NCBI RefSeq assembly: GCF_020745735.1
Contig: NC_083448.1
Location: forward strand, 12,584,006 to 12,648,005
Direction: 5' to 3'
DNA length: 64,000 bases
Origin: Hemiscyllium ocellatum
Lineage: Eukaryota
Positions 47,801 through 59,258 of the stretch are shown here, piece by piece; the first letter of the stretch is position 1, and every line of letters begins with the position of its first letter. The position numbers were made by a program, and so were the translations under genes. The notes under the pieces are model-generated. The model searched no databases. It was not told the DNA's origin and saw nothing but the letters and a program-made list of their open reading frames with translations.

Positions 47801-50800
47801 GAAATCTAGTGAAAAGGCTAAGCAAAACCACAAGACCTTCACAAGGAGAGATCTTTTAAGTGCAGTTGCTGATTTCTTAGTTTGAGTATTTCACCGAGAG
47901 AACTGTTTTACATATGCAGATCAGTTGATTCATGAAGTTGAAAGGAATTGCCTTATGCTGGGATGGGTATCGTACGGGTGTTACTTGTAGACAAGAAATC
48001 TAGAGGCACACATGCTTTGGAGACCAGAGTTCAAATGCTCGGCACCAAGTTCATGTGTTACCAGGCAACATGTGCGATTTAGGTTCAATAAGTGCTTAAA
48101 ATAGGTAATGAGAAGTTAAATGTGAGTTCGAGAGGGGAGAAATGTTATGGGCAGTAAATGCTCTCAGCACAATCTTGCAAAGTCTTCCCTGCTCACGGGT
48201 CAGCTTGCCGTCTTCAGTGGCACCTTTCTTTCACCTTCAATACTCACTCCCTCCAGGATGGGTGCACAGTGGCATCACAATGTGCGAGATACACTGCAGC
48301 GACAATGTGTGTCTGCATCTACAGCATCTTCTGGACAGGACAAATTTGTGCCATCTGCCTACAAGAGTGAGTAGCAGGTGCATGGCAACATTGCAACCTG
48401 CATATTTCCATTTAAGCTGCACACTCCAATCCTGAGTTGGAATGAGATCAATTTAGCTTCAGTGCTGAAGGATCAAAATCCTAGAACTTCCTGTCTAATA
48501 TAATTCTAGGTGAATGTTGTGTGGACACTGTGTGGACTGCAGAGGCTCAGAAAGGCAGCTTGCCATTACCTTTAGGGCTGATCAACAAATCGTATCATAG
48601 AAAGTGATATTTGCATCATATCAGAAGTATTGCAAGTGTTCCTTGAAAATGTATCTCTCTGCTCTGCATAGTCAATCTGACAGTCAAGGGATGAGGACAT
48701 GTGGCACAAATATGTTGTTGGGTATCCAACTGTTAAAAGCCTGTTGTGGTTCTGTTCGCCTGGGAATTTGTGTTGCAGACGTTTCGTCCACTTTCTAGGT
48801 GACATCCTCAGTGCTTGGGAGCCTCCTGTGAAGCGCTTCTATAACATTTCCTCCAGCATTTATAGTGATTTTGTATCTGCTGCTGTTGGTTCCAGTGCAC
48901 TGGAGGATCAGTATATTGGGTCCAGGTCGATGTGCTTATTGATTGAATCTGTGGATGAGTGCCATGCCTCTACCTGGACCCAATATACCAGCCACTGCAG
49001 CAGATAGCTGGAACTGACAACCAGAAGCGGCAGATACAAAGCACTATAAATGCTGGAGAAAAGATCACAGAAGCGCTTCACAGGAGGCTCCAAAGCACTG
49101 AGGATGTCACCTGGACAAGGTATAAAACGTCTGTAACACAAATTCCCAGCTCAGCGAACAGAACCACAACAATGAGCACCCGAGCTACAAATCTTCTCCC
49201 AAACTTTGTTAAAAGCCTATTCACCACCCTGGACGATGGCAGCAAAGCAAAAGATATGCAGAAATTGTGGTGCATGATGTACCACTGATGCAACATCTTC
49301 CATGTTTCTGCTGCCCCCAAAACCCATTTTATCTTTCATCCTCAGTCATATAGAAAAGCTTCTGTCTTCAGCAACATGTGTGTGTGAAATGTTTCATATC
49401 CTGTAATTGTATTAATGTTCATTGCTTTGTGTTGACAGAGAATTTGGACTGTGTTTTGAAACCATATCAGTTTCGCATTGAGGAGATTGAGGGCTTCCGC
49501 TATCGGTGTAAGGTATGGTTGACACAGATGATGTGAAATTTGCTGTTCATTGTTGTGCTGCCTGTCCCAGACTCTTGGGGAGTTCTGTTGCTGACAGCAT
49601 ATAAGTCAGCCATTTAATCAGTTTTGTCTTTATCTACTGTCTGCAGGGCTTTTATTTTGATCATTATGCATTTCAGTACTATGAAGTCATCTATAAGCAT
49701 TTAGACATGAAAATGAAGACGGTATTATGAAGCAGTATGCTGATGGATATGGTGCTGCCATGACGTGAAAGGCATTTCTCAGCAATTAAGAAAATACTGA
49801 GTGCAAAGTACCATCTCCATTCGTGATAAAAGCATTATCACAGAATGGAAGCATAGTTTTTGAAATTTCCACATGTTGTTTGATCTAAAATGGTAATAAT
49901 TCATGCAGATTTTTGGGTGAAATGCATTGTGCAAATAATCAAATCGTTCTCGAGAAGGTGATGCTACTGTTCATGTTGAGATGTTTCCAGAGTATTGTGT
50001 TTGTCCTGGCAGTTAATTGAGGTATACTTTTATTTCTTGGTAGGATGCAATGCGTTCAGTTACAAAACAATCAATCAAAGAGGCTCGCATCAAGGAAATC
50101 AAACAGGAACTGCTCAACTCTGAGAAACTGAAGGTGAGAAAGTAAAACTCTATTGCTCTTCTTACGCGCTGGGATATTTGCAATGGCAGTCTGATCATAT
50201 AGAAGTAGTTCCAGGAAAATTAAAAATGAGTGTTAAGGTAATTTAGTAAAACTCCATGTCAAAGTAATGTTCTGCAGTGAGCATGTTCTTTTCTTGCAGA
50301 CCTATTTCGAGGACAATCCTCGAGACTTTGATTTGTTGCGACATGATAAACCTCTGCATCCTGCTATTGTGAAGCCACATTTGAAGAATGTACCGGATTA
50401 CTTAAGTGAGTAGCCTGCCCAGTGGATGCAAATGTGCCCAGTCCTACCCTGTGTGATCCACTGGAGCAAAGACATTGTCACTCCAACGCAGAGATCTGGT
50501 TCAAATGATCTGTGCTGGGAGAATATAATTTGCTGCTGTAGTGTATAGATGCGATTTGTAAATCAGGTGAATTGAAATAAAAGGTACAGGAGCTTCAATA
50601 TTCAGATGACCAGCAAAAAGGATTATAAGAGTGTTTTAAGAACAGATGTTATCCCTATCTGAGATGAACGTATACTGATGATGTAGACTGTAAAACTACA
50701 AGGAGATGGTGATTGATTTTTAATTAATGAAATCTTGGCCAGGAAGGTTCTCAAAATTGTAACAGGGCAGAAGTAGTGGGGAAACTATTGAAAGTCAGAA

Positions 50801-52868
50801 AACTGTTTGAGACCACTTTGCTCTGCTAATGCCAAGACAGAGTTTATTTGGCCCGAGTACAGTTGTAGCACTTAAATAGCAGGGAGATTATTGCAATCAA
50901 TTCAACAGCCGACCTGGTCTTCAAAATCATGACATAACCTTTGCTGATCATTCCTAATCAAACTTCAGTTTTGTACAAGATTAGCCTCAGGGTGACTCTG
51001 AACGTTGAGAGTTCAGGGGCTCATCTCTAAGAGAAAAATGTACGAACAGAAAGCAAATGCAAGAATTTGCTTACAAGAGAAGTCAAGATGAAATTCAAAT
51101 AACATAGAAAAAGAATGCAGGTAGTAAGAAAGAAAGAGATAATCTTGGTGCTATTCATCCATCACATCTCATATACTTCATTAAATCTAGCAAAACCTAG
51201 GTAGTTGCAGTATTAATTTGCACTTATGAGTACACGACTTGTACTCAGTCAAACATGCTTTGTCTCCTTCACCAGATTACTAGATTATATTGTGGAATTA
51301 TTTTCTGTGATATTTTGGAATATAAAATTTAAAAAGGATGGCAAACAATGGAATTGCAGAAAAACTTCAATGATTCAATTGACAAAAGAAGTATTAGTCA
51401 TTAGTTGGATCGACAAATGTAAATTGAATTTACGTAAAGTAAGAAGATTTCAAATAACTAGAACATGCAGGAAAGTGTAGGAGGAGGTTTTGAGTTCAGT
51501 TGTCTCTTGGTTGTTGAGAAGGAGAATGAACCACTTTTTAAACTGTTTGTTCCACTGACAATGTATAATTTAATCTAAGTCATTGGTAATGCAGGAAAAG
51601 AATGAGTTTGTATTGAGTAATAGTTCTTGGTCGGCAAACTTGTACCTCCCTAAACTGTCAAGTTTGACCTGAACTTGCCTTGGTCGCAAAAATGGCCAGG
51701 TCTCTCATCTTTTATCTCTCAGTTGGTAATGCAGCACATCAGTACCCTGCTACCTGAAGTTAATTCACTCCTGCTTTAAAAAGTGTTGTCCCCATAGCTT
51801 CTGAATTTGCCCCTGACATTGTAGCAGTGAAGTGGGTAAGTAATATTTTAATGGAATACAAACAGTGTTGGAGAAATTCAACCGGTTTGGTAGCATCTGT
51901 GCAGTGAGAAACCGAGTTCATGTTTGACGTTGATTGTTCTAAATAAGAGTCATCCTGGCCTCTAACTCTGTTTCGTTCTCCACATGCTGCCAGATCTGAT
52001 GAGTTTCTCCAGCACTTGGTTATTATTATTTCAGAGTCTCAGCATCTGAACTGTTTTGTTTTCCTTCAATAAATTCCAGTTGTTTGTTTGGCAGTTCAAG
52101 TAACTTGTATTTTAATCCTGCCAGTTCCCCAACCCCTCAAAAGAATCACGAGGCCCCTCATCAGTAAAAGAATAAGATGGCGAAGAAAGATCACAGGAAA
52201 ATCAACTCAGAAAAACAAAAAGGTGGGAGACTACAGTCGAACCGAAGAAACATTGACTGAACTATTTTTTACTTGCTGAGCAAAAGATTATTTTGCTGTT
52301 GGCTATATATCTATATTAAGGCTGTACCAATCAAGATTCATTGTCACAACTATTACTCGTAAAATGTGGCTAATGTGTGGTGGATGGAAGGACAGTATTA
52401 CTGTGTTGTGATATTACTGTAACAAATTTTGGAATTATCCACCGTGCTTTGATGCTCTTCCAGCATTTTTATGCATGATGCAGGTGAAGTGGGTGGGTTT
52501 GAGAAAGAAGTTTGGAGAGCTTGAGGATGCATTCTTCAGGGACCACTGCCAATGTTTAAATCTGAAACAAACAGCAAGATGATGTTCAGTTGGTCTGGTC
52601 CTAAATAATTCTTTGATGCATTTGGAAGGCATGTTATATTTAACTTGCCAGTCACACCAGTGTTTCAGCTGTGTTTTCAACAGATCTGCATTCATCTATC
52701 TACCCTCTTGAATTCTGTTATGGTGGCTTTTGCTTTTGGTGTTGTGTAAGATGAGTAATGAGTAATAATGTTGGCTGTTTTTCCCTTGTTTAGCCAAACA
52801 TGAAGCGTAACCCACTCAAGCATTTCACCTCCCAAGGGAAGAAGCAAAAGGCAAAGAGTGCGAGTTAA
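41757..52868 (+). CDS. DDX56: DEAD-box RNA helicase 56 (Dbp9/NOH61), spliced, 552 aa
   Basis: 14 GT-AG exons: 41757-41813, 42907-43068, 43720-43874, 43959-44129, 44689-44779, 45649-45890, 46345-46473, 47076-47189, 47451-47545, 49439-49512, 50044-50133, 50300-50405, 52125-52222, 52794-52868 (1659 nt). Motifs: Q (PTLIQ), [38 protein letters not shown], and the DDX56-type [13 protein letters not shown]. Confidence 0.95.
41820..42260 (+). repeat. Purine (G/A)-rich low-complexity tract in DDX56 intron 1
   Basis: Many GGG/GGGG runs on the sense strand. Confidence 0.7.
42907..43068 (+). CDS. DDX56: DDX56 exon 2
   Basis: [44 protein letters not shown]. Confidence 0.95.
43250..43545 (+). mobile_element. 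CR1 3' fragment
   Basis: tggaatgaactttcagagga...ggaccgaagg...gtatgactct. Confidence 0.75.
43720..43874 (+). CDS. DDX56: DDX56 exon 3
   Basis: [18 protein letters not shown]. Confidence 0.93.
43959..44129 (+). CDS. DDX56: DDX56 exon 4
   Basis: [12 protein letters not shown]...[13 protein letters not shown]. Confidence 0.95.
44689..44779 (+). CDS. DDX56: DDX56 exon 5
   Basis: [30 protein letters not shown]. Confidence 0.95.
45534..45602 (-). mobile_element. 69-bp Penelope-derived insertion with an intact minimal hammerhead core
   Basis: 13-bp TSD atgtcttggtgtg (45521-45533 and 45603-45615); minus strand reads CTGATGA-agggcttttgccc-GAAAC-GTC. Confidence 0.8.
45649..45890 (+). CDS. DDX56: DDX56 exon 6
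   Basis: [11 protein letters not shown]...[11 protein letters not shown]...[11 protein letters not shown]. Confidence 0.95.
46345..46473 (+). CDS. DDX56: DDX56 exon 7
   Basis: [20 protein letters not shown]. Confidence 0.93.
46622..46714 (-). mobile_element. Short Penelope-derived element (degenerate hammerhead core)
   Basis: Homologous to 26358-26452; flanking repeat tctgagt. Confidence 0.72.
47076..47189 (+). CDS. DDX56: DDX56 exon 8
   Basis: [10 protein letters not shown]...FDFP...YIHRVGR. Confidence 0.95.
47451..47545 (+). CDS. DDX56: DDX56 exon 9
   Basis: [14 protein letters not shown]. Confidence 0.93.
47563..47650 (+). mobile_element. Short Penelope-derived element (degenerate hammerhead core)
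   Basis: CTGATGAagggcttatgtccAAAACATT... Confidence 0.7.
48743..49206. mobile_element. Inverted-repeat (palindromic) Penelope-like fragment
   Basis: 12-bp TSD tgttaaaagcct (48731-48742 and 49207-49218); the two arms are reverse complements. Confidence 0.82.
49439..49512 (+). CDS. DDX56: DDX56 exon 10
   Basis: [19 protein letters not shown]. Confidence 0.93.
50044..50133 (+). CDS. DDX56: DDX56 exon 11
   Basis: [30 protein letters not shown]. Confidence 0.94.
50300..50405 (+). CDS. DDX56: DDX56 exon 12
   Basis: [35 protein letters not shown]. Confidence 0.95.
52125..52222 (+). CDS. DDX56: DDX56 exon 13
   Basis: [33 protein letters not shown] (basic tail), phase-compatible. Confidence 0.8.
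52794..52868 (+). CDS. DDX56: DDX56 exon 14 (terminal)
   Basis: [24 protein letters not shown], containing the conserved NPLxxF motif. Confidence 0.85.
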   Translation, partial: PNMKRNPLKHFTSQGKKQKAKSAS

Positions 52869-53418
52869 AGCAGAACTTGCAGAATCCATTAAAAGGATGT
52901 GACTTGGCAGAATGTGAAACTGTTGTCTGTATGCCTTCAATTTAGGCCCAGTTGAATGGACGAATCGAAAATGGAGACCAGTGTGTGGATTTCTAGTTTG
53001 AAAACACCAGTAGACATTGGCTTTGATTGAATTGTTTGTCAATTTATGTGGAGCTACAACCTTTCCATGTGTCATGAATGCTTAAAATTTTACTTTTGGC
53101 AAGGCATTTATAAAATGAAAATGTTGTTGCACTTAATTTTAAGCCTTATTCAGTTTCTTCGAAATGTTGCCCTGTGAAGGTGCAATTGGCTATCAATACC
53201 AATTGCAAGAATCTCTCTCCTGTTCTCTGCAGTGCCACCAAACCCACCACTGTGCGCACACATCATGACATATGGCATTAGTGCACAATATAATTGGGTG
53301 TGTTCTACACTGCAAAGCAGAAGCAGTTCCTCTCTTGATGCCAAAAGAGACCACAACACTCATTCGTGGTTTTCACATATAGACGTACAAACATGTCAAT
53401 ATGATGGCACAAGTGTAT

Positions 53419-53424
53419 AATAAA
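53419..53424 (+). terminator. Candidate DDX56 polyadenylation signal
   Basis: AATAAA ~550 nt after the stop codon. Confidence 0.4.
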
Positions 53425-54659
53425 ACCAAAGCAAAGCTTTGGCTGATTTACGGAAAGAGACCCAACAAGTGCGGATCTTGACAAAAAGGTGTAATTTTGT
53501 GACTGGATTTGTCTCCTTGCTTGATGATTATCGCAGGCTGACCTATCTTTCATCATCCTGCTCTCCTCATTGACAAGTATTTATATTATGTTGGATGATT
53601 TCTTGTCTCCTGGTGGATGGGAACTCATGGAGTTATGTTGTTTAGTACAACATGCATGAATGGACAGTCACAGTGCCAAATATTCATATTTTTGTAATTT
53701 AACACATTCAAAATATTTTGGTTTCTTTATCTGTTCTGGATCTTCCGACTCAGAATATGTTTTGCGATTTACAGATGTTCTTCACATTTCAAACAAATGA
53801 GGTTTTCTAACATTTTGTAATTTTACCTTCAAAAAGACTCAATAGTATGTGAGATTCTTTTTGTAAAGATGTTTGAAATTTCAAACACAGGATTGTGTGT
53901 AAGGTAGTTTTTAAACATGTGAAGAGATAAAGTGTAAGTTTAAAGTAATGTGAAATTGTAATCAGTATCAAAGAAGTGGTTTTTCCCCTTTCATGACAAA
54001 AGGAATGATCTTCAGTGAGGTCAGATGAGACTATCTCCATTTAAAATTCACAGTTCCCTTTTTATTTTATGAATGACCTTTAACATAAATTGAGTTGTAA
54101 ATTGTGAGTAAGTATTGCTCTGTCATGTTTTACATAAGCCATGGCTGGTTGTGTTCCTTTGTGAAATGATTAGTTTTTTAATGTGGAGCCATGTCCATCT
54201 CCGTTGATAAAAGATTGTACTACCAGAGACACAATGTTTTTCTTCCAGTTTTGTGCAACAGCTGGCACTGTATATCTCATACATATATTTCAAAGTATTC
54301 TGTGATCTTGTGTTGAACATTATTCTGAATGAGCTACTGTATTCTCTATCTCTTACCTGCAATTGTAGGTTTGCTTTTAGTTGGCAGTTCATTGTAAAAT
54401 TGTGATTCGTTTGCAAGACAAGTGCTAAGGGTAATAGCTCAATCAGCATAAATGAATTCAGTAGGATGAACAGCCTCTTCTGTTTTCAAGATATTAGCAG
54501 TTGTTAGAGCATCTGCCAGAAGTTAGAGGTTGATTTCTGTGTTTTCTAACTATCAGTCCAACTTGTCAATCTGTTCCGATGTCCTCAACTGAATTGATTT
54601 TTAGCGAGTTAGTGTTATGGGCCAGCAATGAGCGTGTATCCTTTGAAATGCTTCCTTTT

Positions 54660-55640
54660 CACGAACCTATCCAGCTGCCTTCTAAATGTTGTTGTATCTC
54701 CAACATGGCCTCTGGCATTTAATTCCATACAAGCATCACCCTCTGAGTGAAAAAGTTGCCCTTAAGCTCCATTTTATATCTTTCCCCTCTCACCTTCAAC
54801 CTTTTACCCTCTTGTTTTAAACTTTCCTACCCTGGGAAAAAAAGACAATGTCCCTCATGATTTTGTAAACCTCGATTGGGTTATCATTAACCTCTGATGG
54901 TCCATAGGAAAGAGCTTCAGACTCCCCATTTAACTCAAAATCCTCCAACCTTAGCAATCCTTTTTGAATTCTTTAATGGGTGGCACGGTGGCTCAGTGGT
55001 TAGCACTTTTGCCTCACAGCACCAAGAACCCGGATTCCATTCCAGCCTCATGCAATTGTCTGTGTAGAGTTTGTACATTTTACTGTGTATCTGCGTGGGA
55101 TTGCACTGGTTTCCTCCCTCCATCCAAAGAATTGGTGAATCGGCCCTGCTAAATTGCCCAAAGTGTTAAGGGATGTATGGGTTGGGTGCATTAGGTAGGG
55201 GTAAATGTAGAGTAATAAGGTAGGGGAATGGGTCGGGATAGTCGACTTCTTGGCGGATCAGTGTGGCCCTGTTATGCCAAATAGACTGTTTCCACACTTG
55301 GGATTCTCTGAACAACTTTCTTATAGCAGGGATACCAGAACTGAATGCAATACTCTAAAAGTGGCTTCACTCATACGATTCAGCCTCAATATGAGATCTG
55401 AACTCCCATGGTCCATCCACTGACCAATTAATGCAAGTGTGCAATATGCTTTCTTCATCATTGTCTACAAGCAATTTCATTTTTTTAGTTTAGTATTGGT
55501 TAACACTTACCATGGCTCTCCTCACGTAAAAAAATCCTGTCTCGTTTTGCTTAACCAAAATGCAACACTTACCTAAATTAAACTCTACTTGCTCCTCTGC
55601 AGCCCATTGGCCAATGTAATCAAGGTACTGTTGTAGTGCA
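54660..55640 (-). mobile_element. Antisense CR1 fragment with an HE1-type SINE inserted at ~54977-55310 (+)
   Basis: CR1 3' reverse complement; SINE head gggtggcacggtggctcagtggttagcact. Confidence 0.78.
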
Positions 55641-55860
55641 CCGCGAATTTAGTTCAGTGACGTTCCAGACATCAGCTTCGTGCAGACATCTCTCTGTAAA
55701 AGCAGATGGTTGAGAAGCTGGAAGTGCACAAAACTCTGGCAATTGACAGTGAAGAGAAACATCATGTTTGGCTTGAAGACTTGGCCACATTGTTCGTAGA
55801 TCTTACAAACCACAGTCTGGGCAAGGAACAGTTAAAAGTTCGCAGTGTTTCATATTTGAG

Positions 55861-56075
55861 TTAAAAAGCACACAACACCAGGTTATAGTCCAACAGATTT
55901 AATTGGAAGCACGCTAGCTTTCGGAGCAACGCTCCTTCATCTATCACTTGATGAAGGAGCATCGCTCCGAAAGCTAGTGTGCTTCCAATTAAACCTGTTG
56001 GACTATAACCTGGTGTTCAGTGTGCTTTTTAACTTTGTACACCCCAGTCCAACACCGGCATCTCCCAATCATGAC
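55861..56075. mobile_element. Palindromic Penelope-derived short element
   Basis: 13-bp TSD tttcatatttgag (55848-55860 and 56076-56088); ~85-bp inverted arms; (T)TGATGA-aggagc..gctcc-GAAA core. Confidence 0.82.
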
Positions 56076-56359
56076 TTTCATATTTGAGGTGGGGGTGTGG
56101 CGTGGCAGGGGAAGGAGAATGCATGGCAAATGTTTATCTGCCCTGTTGAAGGGCTGATGCCTGAAACGACTCTTCTGTTCCTCGCTTTTTGACCCTGATC
56201 TGCAGTCCTGTCCAGTGAGCAGAAAACTGGATATGTTCTGAAATGAAGGTCGCAGGAGCCGAAATATGAACTCTGCTTTCATCGTGCTGCCAGGCCTGCT
56301 GTGTTTCTCTGACAATATTTTTTTTCAAGATTGACAGCACAATCTGCAGTTGTTTTTTT

Positions 56360-56960
56360 TCCCGATTTCGTATGCCGAGTCGTGCTGGGAAGCAGTGGAA
56401 GGCTTCAAAGCCCAGAGAAGGCAGAATAAATAACTTTTAAACCTTGACGGAAGAGACGTGGCGGTGAGAGCAGCGGCTGAGTGACAGTTATTGACGTTAC
56501 CGCACCGCGCGCCCCCAAAACTTCAAATTGCAGCACGTGATCAGGCCCGCCAACGGTCGCCCTCCTCGAGCTCCGCTCCCACTGGTTGGAACCGTCCCCA
56601 CGTGGCCCCCGAACTCCCTTCCAATTGGCCCGTTTCGAATCCCGCCGGTTTCGTCCCAATGTTGTCCTCACTGGAGGCATGAGGGTAATGGAGCTGTAAG
56701 GTGTTTCCATCATCTACCTCACGTCGCAGAAATAATTATCTTTGTCCGGTATTGCAAACGATATTGGTGATTGACGGTGGGTGCTTGTTTGCTGGTGGAG
56801 TTTTAATGCTGATTTAACGGGCGGGCTGGGGATGTGCGCCAATGAGCGCAGTTTGTGTCGATTGAAGCGGCTGTTTCTAATCTTACAAATACTGCGCGAT
56901 GCGGACATCAGACATAATATTTAATGAGTAATTTGGCGAAATTTTGCAGATCTGACAGCT
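56360..56960 (+). promoter_or_regulatory. CpG island/promoter and probable first exon of a fourth gene
   Basis: High CpG density; E-boxes CACGTG at 56534 and 56599, CCAAT at 56621 and 56656, CRE-like TGACGT at 56492. Confidence 0.65.
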
Positions 56961-57415
56961 AGAAAACTTAAGAGTTAACGATGCGAGTTTCCGAAAGTGA
57001 ATTTTGCCCGCACTAGACCGACTGCTTAATTCCAGCCTTGGGTTCTTTCACACTGAAGCTGTTTTCCTCCGAGTTTGTTCAGTATTCCGAAGGTGATGGT
57101 TCCCTGCAAGAGTGATACTGGAAGTCGTAAAGTTAAACCTAGATTTCGTTTCTCTTGATAGACAGTGCTGAATTTATCCAGATGTTTGTTTTGATCGCCG
57201 AGTGTCTGGTTGAAGTTTCAAACCTGTGCTGGTAAGCCCTAGTATTTCCTATCTCATCAGATTGTGAAACACAGGAACAAATCACATGTATCACCAAATG
57301 GTTGAAGGGTCCTCACTGAGGTTGAAGTTATGTTACTTGATGCATCAGTTTCAGGAGTATGACAGACTGATAGCATCGATAGATGATTGATCCACTGACC
57401 CAGGTCATGCTCCTG

Positions 57416-59258
57416 TCCCTGCCCCACTGAACTCATCTCTACCTACCTCGACACTGTCCTATCCCCCCAGTCCAGGAGCTCCCCACATACGTTCGAGACA
57501 CCACCCATGCCCTCCACCTTCTCCAAGACTTGCGTTTCCCCGGCCCCCAACGCCTCATCTTCACCATGGATATCCAATCCCTCTACACCTCCATCTGCCA
57601 TGACCAGGGCCTCCAAGTCCTCCATTTTTTTTCCTCTCCAGACGTCCCCAACAGTACCCTTCCACCGACACACTCATTCGTTTGGCCGAACTGCTCCTCA
57701 CCCTTAACAATTTCTTCTTTGAATCCTCCTGCTTCCTCCAGACCAAAGGGGTAGCCGTGGGCACACCTATGGGCCCCAGCTATGCCTGTTTCTTTGTTAG
57801 CCACGTAGAACAGTCGGTCTTCCGTAATTACACCGGCACCACTCCCCACCTCTTCCTCCGCTACATTGATGACTGCATTAGCGTCACCTCGTGCTCCCGC
57901 GAGGAGGTTGAGCAATTCATCAACTTCACCAACACATTCCACCCTGACCTTAAATTTACCTGGACTATCTCTGACACCTCCCTCCCCTTCCTGGACCTCT
58001 CCATCTCCATTAATGACGACCGACTTGACACTGTCATTTTTTACAAACCCACTGACTCCCACAGCTACCTGGATTACACCTCTTCCCACCCTACCTCTTG
58101 CAAAAATGCCATCCCGTATTCCCAATTTCTCCACCTCCGCTGTATCTGCTCCCAGGAGGACCAGTTCCACCGTAGAACACACCAGATGGCCTCCTTCTTT
58201 AGAGGCCGCAATTTCCCTTCCCAAGTGGTTAAAGATGCCCTCCAACGTATCTCGTCCACATCCTGCACCTCCGCCCTCAGACCCCACCCCTCCAACCATA
58301 ACAAGGACAGAATGCCCCGGTGCTCACTTGCCACCCTACAAATCTTCGCATAAACCAAGTCATCCGCTGACATTTCCGCCACCTCCAAAAAGACCCCACC
58401 ACCAGGGATATATTTCCCTCCCCACCCCTTTCCGCCTTCCGCAAAGACCGTTCCCTCCGTGACTACCTGGTCAGGTCCACGCCCCCCCCCCCGCAACCCA
58501 CCCTCCCATCCTGGCACTTTCCCCAGCCACCGCAGGAACTGTAAAACCTGTGCCCATACCTCTTCCCTCACCTCTATCCAAGGCCCTAAAGGAGCCTTCC
58601 ACATCCATCCAAGTTTTACCTGCGCATCCACTAATATCATTTATTGTCTCCATTGCTCCCGATGTGGTCTCTTCTACATTGGGGATACAGGGCGCCTCTT
58701 AGCAGAGCGTTTTAGGGAACAACTCCGGGACACCTGCACCAATCAACCACACCGCCCCGTGGCCCAACATTTCAACTCCCCCTCCCACTCTGCTGAGGGC
58801 ATGGAGGTCCTGGGCCTCCTTCATTGCCGCTCCGTCACCACCAGACGCCTGGAGGAAGAATGCCTCATTTTCCACCTTGGAACACTTCAACCCCAGGGCA
58901 TCAATGTGGACTTCAACAGTTTCCTCATTTCCCCTTCCCCCACCTCAACCGAGTTCCAAACTTCCAGTTCAGCACTGTCCCCATGACTTGTCCGGACTTG
59001 TCCAACCTGCCTAGCTCCTTTTCCACCTATCCACTCCACCCTCTCCTCCCTGACCTATCACCTTCATCCCCTCCCCCACTCACCCATTGTACTCTATGCT
59101 ACTTTCTCCCCACCCCCACCCTCCTCTAGCTTATCTCTCCACGCTTCAGGCTCAGTGCCTTTATTCCTGATTAAGGGCAAATGCCCGAAACATCGATTTC
59201 GCTGCACTTTGAATGCTGCCTGAACTGCTGTGCTCTTCCAGCACCACTGATCCAGAAC
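57416..59258 (+). mobile_element. Penelope-like retroelement (RT + GIY-YIG endonuclease), 5'-truncated and frameshifted
   Basis: FTMDIQSLYTSI, GVAVGTPMGPSYA, FLRYIDD, LPFLD, YKPTD (RT); CKTC...IIYCLHCSRCGLFYIGDTGR.L..RF.E (GIY-YIG); 3' terminal region with hammerhead-like core at 59167-59194. Confidence 0.92.

Noticed and set aside
54977-55050. tRNA gene-like sequences (also 13536, 15540-15615, 28390)
   Set aside because: These are SINE heads continuous with SINE bodies, without a complete cloverleaf.
57583-58640. Long minus-strand ORFs (238 aa, 188 aa)
   Set aside because: Antisense shadows of the C-rich Penelope ORF.
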